Positions 18,835 to 30,800 of a DNA stretch of 64,000 nucleotides are shown here, piece by piece. Position numbers and translations under genes: made by a program. The DNA is from a virus (Duplodnaviria > Caudoviricetes): positions 96,001 through 160,000 of IMG/VR virus record IMGVR_UViG_3300032227_001172. One strand, written 5' to 3'. Positions within the stretch are counted from its first letter, which is position 1; every line of letters starts with the position of its first letter. The notes under the pieces were generated by a model. That model saw nothing but the letters and a program-made list of their open reading frames with translations. It had not been told where the DNA came from and searched no databases.

Positions 18835-21800
18835 TTAAAAAGTATACATATAGGTATCGACACCTGTTTCATCAGCAATTCTGATTTTAATAGTATCTTG
18901 CGTAGACCAATTAAAACCATAATCAGGACTTAATATAAGTTTTACATTCAGTCTATCATTTACTGAATCGTACTCATCTTTGATAAATGTACTTTCTTCG
19001 GTTGTTTGTCTCCAGAAACCACAATAACCATAATCTCCATTAATACCTGGTGCTAGCTGAATATCTACAATATTAGATCTAAGAGGACGTTTACCTCCTT
19101 CAATACTAAATGTTAAAAGATTACCAGTTTTATTAACCGTAGATGTATTAATTTTTATTGGCTTATTAATATATAAAGGATAATTTTGAAAGTGTTTTTT
19201 AGGTAATATACCAACAGATGGATAGTTTCCAGTATCAAATACCGGCATATTTGGATTTTCCATTGTTGCAATTTTATAAATCAAATCTTCATTTTCTCTT
19301 GTGTTAGACCTACCAGTAATTTGGAAAGCATACTTACCTTCTGTAAGATAACTAATATTATACGGCATTATCTTAATATTGTCATCAATATTTTTATAAA
19401 CACTCACTAAATTACCACTACTAAAATGTTTCAGCCATCCGGTTGAAGGATTAGTATTGCTCAAATAAACTCTATTGTTATTAGAAGTAGTAACTGTTAC
19501 GTATCCATTTTCTTCTAATAAATTAAGTTCGCTAGACACAAAATTATTAAGATCTACACCAATAGAATCGCCAATACTATATGTAAAATTATCTCTTAAA
19601 ATTAATTGGTTATTTACTAAATCTACATTTTCGATCACAGCCTTAAAATCAATATGAGCAGTACAATTAAGAGGAGATGGCCCTAAATTAATAGGAAATA
19701 CAAAGTTATTACCAACAATATTGTCTATAGAAACACCCACAAAAGAATTATAAATTAAAGTAGTTATACCATTACTTGTGGTATAAAGTTTTAAGTCCAT
19801 AGTATCATTAGCTGATATATTAGTATTAGACATAACAATACTTCCACTGCCATTAGTGATAGTATAGGATGCGTTACGTCCAAGTATAGAATTTTTTAGT
19901 AATGGTTGTTGAATAATACCACTAATAATTGGTAAATAATCTTCTGTGGTCCATGCTCCAGACACAGCATTATTTCCAGACCAATTGTATGGTATGCTAT
20001 TACCAATGCCTGCGTCATCCGGAATATATCCACCAACAGCTAAGCCCATTAATGGTTCCATAACAATACCATTAGGATCCTGATCTGTAAGACTATTTAT
20101 AACAGATATACTATTAAATCCATCGGTTAAAATTGGAGCAAATGTGGTGTTGGTTGGGACAGTTAATAAGTTGTCTCCTTTATGTGGCCATATATAAGAA
20201 TTTTCTGCCCCTGGTAGAGCATTAACATTATATGTTGGAAATGTGTCAGAATCTTTAATAATATTAATTTTATAAATTGTACCAGATGCTCTAGAGAGAA
20301 TATTAGTATCAAAACTACTACCAGCACCAACAGAACCTTGTTGTAAAATAGAATTTGACATTAGATCGAGTAGCTGGTATCTTAAAGATCCATATCTTTC
20401 GTTTTCTGGTATTAATCTTTGAGTAGCATTATCTCCAAAAGCTAATTTAGTTGCTAAGGCGAATCTTACGCCATTAAAAGAAAAATAATAATCTTGTGCT
20501 GGTGGTGGGTCAACTATTTCTACTGTAATTTTTGGTAATACTATACCACTTATATATAAATTACCTGTCTGCCAACAATCTGACCAAGATACTGCAGATA
20601 CTATATTAACTTGATTATTAATACGATTTAATACTAAGTTACTAAGTTTAGAATCAGATTGACTAAATGGTTGAGACCCTGTCAATGAAGCTTGATGAGA
20701 TGGAACCAATAAACCTAACAATCCTCTGTTATTACCATTAGGAACAGATTGGTCATATGAGGCTCTTCCTGCTCCCAGTAAACATGCAGTAGTATTATTG
20801 TTAATATTACCAGCAGCAAAAAAATTATCAAAATTATCTAATCCTATAGTACGATAATCAGAAATAACAACTCTAGCATATCCTGTTATCGGAGCTGTTT
20901 GACCAGGATTCTGTAAAGATTCTTTTCCATTAATATATTTACCTTTTTGATCACTATATATTTGATATGTTCCATCGTTTCCATTGTTGTCTTGATCAAA
21001 CCCAATGTATATAATATCATTAGTGTTGATTAATTTATTAGTATCAGATTGTCCTGGTTGAGAAAGATATATAGTTAGACTATTTGTTTGTTCTGTTCCA
21101 GAAAATAGTACATCTGAACTAACACATTTATTATGTGGTAAAATACTTCTACATACTAAAGACTCTGGTAGTGCTGGGGGTATCCAAGCATTAGCAGCAC
21201 TGCTTAAGATGGGCTTCAATCCTGATTTAGGAGTTAGAGTAGGAATATCTGTTGAAAAATAAACCGTAATACCAACATCAGGATCAAATGAACTAGAAGA
21301 ATCTGTAAATGTAACAGTTTGCTGTACTGTACGATCCCTAGCATCTGTAACAGTTAACAATAACTGCTCGCTGTATTGTCCACCATTAGCAAATTCTGTC
21401 GGATATCCTTCTATTCTCACATAGCCACTACCAAGATTCGAATATGGTGCAACTGGCTGATTGGCCTCCTCTGGAAAGTATATGGAATAACTCAAACCAG
21501 ATGGGACGGACCCAGATACTGAAAAAGATTTGATTCCGGTTGGTATACTACATAAGGCGGCGGTTCCTGGACCAAAATCTAATTGCTTAGTATAGTATGT
21601 TGTATTACACAAAGGTTTAATGGTGGTCATGGCGGAGTAATCTGGGTTATCGACAATAGATGGAGGATTACCTATAAATACTCCTTGATTATAATTAAAA
21701 GCAAAACTTACCTGATCTGTATCTGGTAAATATGGAGATAGAGGCAAAAGGCTAGTATCGGTATCTATGGCAGTGATAGAGAATTCTTTTCTACCAAGCA

Positions 21801-24800
21801 ATATACAAGACGGTATACCAACAAAACGATAACTCCAAGATCCTCCTTGATCAAGAGGATTCCACACAGGTGGGCCTATTAGACATTGTAATCGAGTATC
21901 TTCTAAAGGATTAAACCCAGTACAAAAAGTAGGCATATTATCCAATATAATAGTTGGTGGATAATTAGCATGGGCTAAACCACCAATAGTTTTAAACTGT
22001 AATTCCCATGCAGCATTACCTTGGGATACTTGTATAGCTGCTGTTGGATCTGAACTATAGCTCGTTATGCCTGTAATTTTTAATGGTATACCAGCCAGTT
22101 CATTACTTTCAATCTCCATAGTACTTAATTTACCAACAGCCATAATTTTATCTTTACCAACACCTTTACATTCTACCGAGACAGTACTACCCTCAACAAC
22201 CAATCTTGCATCATACTTATCTGTCATTTTAGTGGATATATAAGAGTTTGTCCATATATTTAAATCTGTATCATATTTACGATTAATGTTAATATTTGGT
22301 AGCGATATGCTAGATTCTTTAAGGATAGCGGGAAAAGAAATTTTATCTGGAGCATTACTATTCAAATCCAGCATATCAACCTTAGTAAAAAATTCATTAT
22401 TGGGTGTTGTATAGACTGTTGAAGAGATATTCTTCATTTTAGTAATAGGATTATATCTAATACTATAGTCTTTATTAATAACATTACCAGAATATTCATC
22501 TTCAATAAAAATTGTTAACGGATATAGTCCTGTACTGCCTATAAATCTACCTAAAGAGTCTTTAGTAGCAACAGCTTGCACTTTCCATTTTTTTAGAATA
22601 CTATCATATTGATAATCCAATGAGTACTGTGGAATATCTGTTTCATATGTGCCTAAATTTGGAGCATTTATAATTTTTGCATTAGGTCTATTATTTTGAT
22701 CATGTTCTGTTATTCCACTTGAAATATAGAACTCGATACTCCAAGGTTCATCGATATCGAAATCTAAAATATTTTGTTGTGGAATACCTTCAAAAATTAA
22801 TGGCTTATAAAATACTATATTAAAACCAGCATTTTTATTATATGTCTGATATATATAATTACCAAAAATATCATAAATAGGCTGCTTTAAAGAAACACTA
22901 ACAGACTGATTAATGAATCTTCCGGAAGTATCTTTATATACTGGATTTTGACCAGTTGTTTTTGGTATGGCAATGACTCTGAATCTTTCTGTATCATAGT
23001 CATAACTGGACGAACTAATAGCTAAACTATATTGATTACTAGTATTAAAAGTAAGATTAAAGCTATTAATTACCTCATTTGGTAATGGCCCTAATTCTGC
23101 TGGTATATCAAATATTACATTGTCCTGATCAATCAGATTAATATAATAAGTAGATGTTAAATTATTAAATTGAAGATTATGATCAGGCCTACTTGATATA
23201 TGATTTAGCACTTTAATAAATCCAGTTGCCACGCCAAGAGTAACATACGGTGTTGAAGTTATGTCCTTGGCAGTAAGCACTATTGGGTAAAGTCCTGTCT
23301 GTACACCTCTTGTATCCCCAGAGTACATCACAGACCTATCATCTGCATAATATAAACTATAATGATTAGAATCTGGAACATTAGTAAGTTCTAAAAATAA
23401 TTCATTAGCAATAAGCTTACTATCAACATCTATCTTAGAAAGATCAAATCCCATTTTCCACATATTGCCACTTCCAACATATCCAGTGGGATAAAAAGGA
23501 GTTATATTAGGTAATTGTCTTTGACTAATAGTAAAATTATAGTCATCTCGACCAGTTAAATCCGATACATATAGTTGTAGTTCTCTATTAGCATAGTACT
23601 CGACTGGGGGATTCCATCTGAGTCCTATATTCCAACCAGAACCGTTCCAGCCAAAATATCCTGGCTCATTAAATTCTAATTGATATATGCCAACCCCAGA
23701 CATTCCAATTTTTGGAATACTAAATCTTTGTATATCAAATAAACTGAGATCTCCATCTTTTGTAGTTATTTTAAAAATAACTTCTTTAATATTATCTGGT
23801 ATAATCAAATGATTATCTAGACTATTAAAATTATTTAAATTACCAAAACTATACTGAATTTTATCTATCTTAATGGTATTGGGATTAATAGAATAAAATT
23901 TACTAGGTGTTGACGATAACGAAATATTATAACCAGTAAATGGAGGTTGATTTCCACGTAAATGTGCTGTGTGTTTCCATGTCTTGCTATCATAATCATA
24001 GTAATCGAATACTTTAGGATTTATTGGCAAGCCCTGAAGAGATCCGTTCGATTGAATAAGACCATTATCAATATTGGGGTTTAGATGACTTTTAATATTT
24101 TGAACACTGTCTATGATGTAAACTATACCAGACTTACCAATATGATTACTATTATATGGTATATTGATAGATAATGTATTAATCTGTAATAAATCATTAA
24201 TTGTATATTGTTGTGTTAATTCTGGTGCCCCATCATTAAAATCAAAAAATAAAGTTTTTCCTGGATATACACCAGTAAATCTGGGAGTATTATATCCTGT
24301 GATATGTACACAAAGAGTGCCAGATGTACAAAGAGAACTGTCAAATGAAATGCTAAATCTTCCAGTTTGTGGAGGTTGTACAAACTTACCAGTAGTATCT
24401 AAAGGATAGTATGAACTAATACCTCCATATGTATTATAATATAAATTATTGTAATTTAAAACATTGATTTGGCCAGAAGTAGCTTTTATTACAGAGATAT
24501 TTCCTCTTGATGGTAAAAATAGATTATGACTAATACCTAGAGGACTATTATATCTAATAGTATTTTCTTTAACTAAATCAAAACGATAACTATTTATGCC
24601 AGTTGGTTTAGGAGGAATAGATAGATTACCATTTATGCTGATACCACTAATAATATTAAATTCACTAGTAACATTAAATTTACTAATATGTTTAACAACT
24701 CCTGTTGAGGATATGCTACTTCCATTCAAGCTTGTAATTAAAAATTCATCATTTTCTTGTGAAAACGACTTTATTGTATCTAGTTCATTGATTCTAATTA

Positions 24801-27800
24801 TGTTACCATTAAAAAATACTTGTTGATTCTTTTTATAAGTATCACCACAATATAAATTATTTGTTCTAATATATGGTAAAATATACCAATTATGTGGCTC
24901 AATACTACTATAGGATGGATCTTCAGATACAATATATTGAGGTAATAATGTAGCACAATCTATACAATTATTAGCATCCAAACTTGGTAGTGGAGTATAC
25001 ACAAGAGAAACATCTTCTGGATTAATATATGGATAATAATCTTTAGTACTATTTAATGATATTGGACTTTCTAATAGGTATGGTTTTACCAAAACATCTG
25101 AAATAACATATGTCGATAGCTCCAAATCATTTACAAAATCTGTACTATTAGTACTATTGGTCAGTATCTCGATTCTAATTTTATCAAATCTTTTGATATT
25201 TAATGTAAGATCCAAAAACTTTTGTACGCTATTACCAGTTGTAAATATAAGAGTATTTGTAACAGGAACTTCTCTATTAACTAAATTTCTATAACGTTCT
25301 ACTTGTTCTTCAAAAGTAGTATGATAAATCTGTAAGCCACTATGATTACCGGATATATTATACAGGCCTTCTAGTTTTAGAGTATTATTATTGTGTCCTA
25401 AATATAAAAACTCTATATATTTTTTAGGAGTACTGCCAGAAACACTTAAATAGTTTCGATACGGCGAAGATGCTGAACCGATACCATTTATTGATAATGG
25501 AGTAAGGGGAACAGCAACAATTTGAGGACCAGTCTGGTACCATTGAGGCGGTACTACAGTATTTACTGTAGAGTTAGAATCAATTAAATAATAATCGACA
25601 TAGCCAATATCGGTAGGTGTAGCTTGTTTTAATATTCTAAGCCCACTCTGTATGATACTATTTCCTGTGCCAAAAATTGATGCATGTGTTATGTGTTCAT
25701 CTTGGATTAATCCAGTAATATTTGTTGAGATAATATTATGATTTTTGGGAATAATACCAGTAAAAGTAAATCCATCAACAATAGAATTAATTTCATATCC
25801 GTAAATAGAACTATGATTATGATTAATTAATAAACCAGACTGTAACCTATTAGTTAAATTGTTATTAATAATACAAGAACCGATAACGTCTTGGCTAACA
25901 GATAGTAATCCTGTAATTTTGATAATTTGTACAGTTGCTGTTGAGTCTAAGGACTTTGATGTTTCTAATAACAAAGAGTCTTTATAGGGCTCTAAGTCTA
26001 TCATAGAAGCAATACTACCTATATTAGTATCCTCTAATAAAGCATATAGTCGATCACTACTGTATGGTGTACCACTTGGGAATGTTACAACTATACTATC
26101 GAATGGCTGCAACATACCAGACTCTATAGAAAACGATAATTCTTTAGCGCTATGATTATATTGAAAATTGATATTTCTATATTGATCTATAAAACGATTA
26201 AAATTATATCTAATATCATATATGTTGGCATGATTATTAAATAAAGAACCAGTAAAAGCGATACCGTTAGTTAAGTATTTACCTTTAATATTTTGATCAT
26301 AATAATCTGGTCTACTAGTTTCTTTTAAGAAATAATTTTTAGAATCTGTAGTATATATTTTATTACCACTAATATTAATAATATCAAAAGTATAATCTTT
26401 AGGTTTAAGATTAACAGTATTGTTTATACCTTGTAAAGTAGTGGTAGTATTAAGAAACTCCACAGGCACTCTATTGATTATAGTTGAAGGAAGTTCTATA
26501 TATCCATGATTTTCATCTAATACAGCCTCAAAGGATCCGGTTCTACTACTACTAGAAGAGAACTGCACACCCATATTTGGCATCAAAAATGAATTATAAA
26601 TCTTAATATGATTAGAATCAACAATATCGATATCATTATATTGACCAATCTCAGGTAAAGCCAGTGATGGATTATTAGAATTTACAGCCCGTAAATAAAT
26701 ACTATTTTGATCCCTATTATCCAGATTGATATCTTTATTGAAATATAGATTGATGGTGCCAGTACCTGGTTCTGTATATATATCTACAAAACCAGTAATA
26801 TATCCACCACTGCCAATATGCGAAGATTCGAAACCTATATAACCAGATTTGTAAGTTGGTAAGCAAGTAATACTCGGAGGCTGTATGAAATTAGCAGATT
26901 TTAAACCACTAATAGGATAATTATTATCGTCAATAGAATCATAATATGTAATATTAGTAGTAGTAGTATTACCTAGAAAAGTGTCATTAATACGAATAAA
27001 TGATTTAGAGTTAATAAATGTAAATGGAATTAATTTACCCCAATTATAGTAATAACTATAGATAATATCTGATAGATCGATATCTGCTTCGTATATGAGT
27101 TTAAATTCCCCATACCTATTACCCGGATAAAGAATACATACATCTCCAGATCTAGCAGCAATTGCGTAATCGTGAACTATTGGTTCATTATTTTCTGCTA
27201 TAAAACCATCAAAAGTTGTAGCCATCAAACGACCATTGTCTTTAACTACATTATATTTATCCAATAATTCATAAGTAGTACTCAAAACAATACGCGTTCC
27301 ATGATGATTTTCTTGTGTAGATATAATTCTATTATTATTCTCTTCGTCAAGAATAAAATCATTTTCTGTTTTAATACGACAAAATTCTCCAGAACCAATA
27401 CCATATGCAGCAAAAACTGGGTTGTCAATAGGATCTCTAAATGACCAACTATCATAATTGTATTTAATATTACTGAATTGAAGATTTGTTTCTGTCGAGT
27501 TGTTGATATTATCTAAATTTGCAGCAGTATCTACATTGGGGGTTTCAGGTTTGTCTCTGGGAGTAAAAGATACTAAAGTATTTCCAATTAGAGCACCAAA
27601 ATGTCTGCTCACAAGATTTTTATTATTCTCGGTAATAATAAATTTTGGATCTGAGATATTTTCTGTCATCAATATATCTGGATATGGCCTAGCCCATAAA
27701 ATATTTTCTGTAAATGCATCAGCAACAATCAACCTGTCCTCTTCGCCATCTCCGGGTTCGTCTGTCTGAATGACAATACCTGTTGGCTCTGTCTCCATTT

Positions 27801-30800
27801 GCTCGGTAGCCATCCACATTGGAGTAAATAATGAATGTTTAATTACAATATCGTAACCTGTTTCAGTATTAATAGTATCTGGATAAACATCCGCTTCAAC
27901 TAGAAGAGCCTCTCTACCTCCAACAAACCATGCATAGTCATTATGAGATAAAATAGTAAATGTTCTTGGTAAAGAAATATGGCCCGATGTATTGATAGAC
28001 ATACCACTAAAAATATGGTTATCATAATTTTGATAGCCATCAGTTAAATATAAGTTCCCATCTATAAGACCTGGAGTACCAGACATCATAAAAGGTTTAT
28101 AGATATTTAAGGCTGTAAGATCTGTATTTAGATTTAAAAATGATGGAACACGTATCCGAGAAAACTGTTCAAGTAGATTGGATGTTCCAGATATGGTCGT
28201 GGTTGGGTATACTCTTTGTGTTGGTGTACACATTACAATATCAGAATTGGTAGTAAATAACCCATTAAATGTGTTGCTACCAGTAATGAATTCTAAATAA
28301 GGATCATAACCACCAACAGCACCTAAATAACTAATAATAGCTCCAGACGGAAGATTTTCATCTATAGTCGTAGAATTTAAAATAATATCAGTAATATTTG
28401 TATTATTACCATCAAAATATTCTAATGTTTGATAGTTTCTGTCTGTAATAGTTAGATAAAAATCTCTATAGATTGACCCAGAATTATTATTAGCAGTAGC
28501 TCTGATATTATACGTACCTAAATCATAGCCTTGTGGAGAACCACTAAAATTTAATGTACTACTATTAAAAAGTAACCAAGACGGTAGTGGTTTATTATTT
28601 TGTAAATTAGCAGAATATGATAACGGTCCTCCATTTTCCTCTACCCTAAATGTTTCAGAAGAAATATTAAAGTCACAAATATCATTAATATCTATCGTTT
28701 GATGAGGTATCTGTATCCAGCCATACGGCAAATTACTATTATTAACTGTGATAGTAAAGTTTTTTTCATAAAATTTATCTGATAGTTGATCTGTAGCTTT
28801 AATTCTGATATTAAAAATATTTTTATTTTCATAATTAAAAGCATATTTACTTTGTAAACGATATCTATCATTATGATTAATAATTTCAAAAACAGTATTA
28901 TCGTCGTCTCCATATCCAGAAGTTAGCTCGTATTTTATCGGAGAATAAGATAGATTTATTTGTTTCTCTAAACCAGTATGATAAATAATAATCTGGTCAT
29001 CTCCAAGACTATTTTTATACCTTGTATATATACATCGATATTTATTAAATAGGGTCTTATCAATTTCGAATGAACCATTAATAGATTGTTGATGTGTAAA
29101 AAATACAGAACCAGAATTATCTATCAAAGGTAAAACCTGAACTGGTCTGCCAGATGGATAGCTGCTTCTTTTAGGAATAGCCAAGTTGATAATAGATGTT
29201 GATGATAAATGACTATAATCATTATCAACAATAGTATTAGTATTATTAATGGAACCTAGGAGATAGTTTCCTGTTGTATATAGTAGACTATTATTAGGAA
29301 TATCTACGATATTTTGTGCATATGGTGTTTTGCCCTGAAATAGAGCATATATGCCCGTAAAGCTGGTTGTTAAAAATTGCTCTCCGTCTTGTTCAGTATC
29401 TATAAAAATTTTAGAACTGCGAGCAAATAGATTATGAGAAAAATCAATAGCATAAATATTAACTGGTCCAGTTAAGATTACTGTTGGTTGAGGTAGTCCT
29501 GTGCCTGTTGCAATCGGCGAGTTGGTAGAGATATGACTACTACTGAAAGATGTAACAAATCTACTAAATAAATAATCCCCAGACTGAATTAAAATAGGGC
29601 TTTCTCTACGTAAATATTTTAATATTGAGGTATCTGATAAACTACTAATATAACCATCACTATTAATAGTGGCACTAGTGCCAGAAACCATTAATAATTT
29701 ATCAACTTGACCTAAACTGTTCTGAGAAAGTTTGATATGAGCATAGTCTAGAGTTGTACCAGATGAATATGCAATATATCCACTATAGTATGGACGCTCT
29801 ACAAAAAAGGTGTCTTCGTTAGGAACAGAGTATACCTTATATCTGCTGTCAGGAATCGGCCAACCTGTTATATTCGTAAAAGATAAATCAACTACTGAAC
29901 CAACTTTAACTCCGTGATTCTTAGAAATAATCTGAATACCACGATTAGTAGTATTCATAGTAAAATTACCTGAATAGATTGGCTTATTTAAATCTAAAAC
30001 TAAATCACCATTATTGGTTTTGTAATAAGTGCCGGATAATGATTTATTAGTTTTTTCATATAAATAATAAGGTTCTGTATTTTGTGTTTGTAAAGTATTA
30101 AATTTAATTGGAGGATGTGTTACTGCAACATCCTGAAGTTGTCGTTGTCCATTAGTATGTTCAAAAGTATGATAATGATTTTTAAATTGTGAATTATTGA
30201 AAATTTCTAATTTTTTAGATACTTGTGGTTGTGTAGTTAAATTCACTACATTAGTTATATTATTTGAATCTCTAAAAGTAGCATTCTTGAAAATACCACT
30301 TTCAAATTTATATTGAGCCACTCCTGTACCAAAAGCTTTTGTAACTAATAGATCTAAATTATATGCAAAAGTTTTATTATCAGGAATAGTAATTGAGGGT
30401 TGTAGTCTGACCCAAGAATTTCCAGCTTCTGTTCCTGCCAAGTGCATACTAATCGTAGTATATTGTCCATGTTCTAGTCTTTGATTAGTTGCATTATCAT
30501 TAACATTAAAAACTCCATGAGCTATCTGCTTATTGGTATAAGCATAACCATAATCGCCTAAAGCAATAGAGTTGTTAGCATTAACTTTAGAATTACTATT
30601 AAATACCACAGAATTATTACCGGTGATAGCATTGTTGATTCCAACAATTAGATTATTATCTCCAACAACTACATGATTACTTCCTATAGAAACTGTTGCT
30701 TCGGCCTCGCTAATATTAGCATCACCTATAATTAAATTTTGATTATTATCTATAACAATATTATCAGCATTATTTTGATAAAGAACAGAATCATCAATTT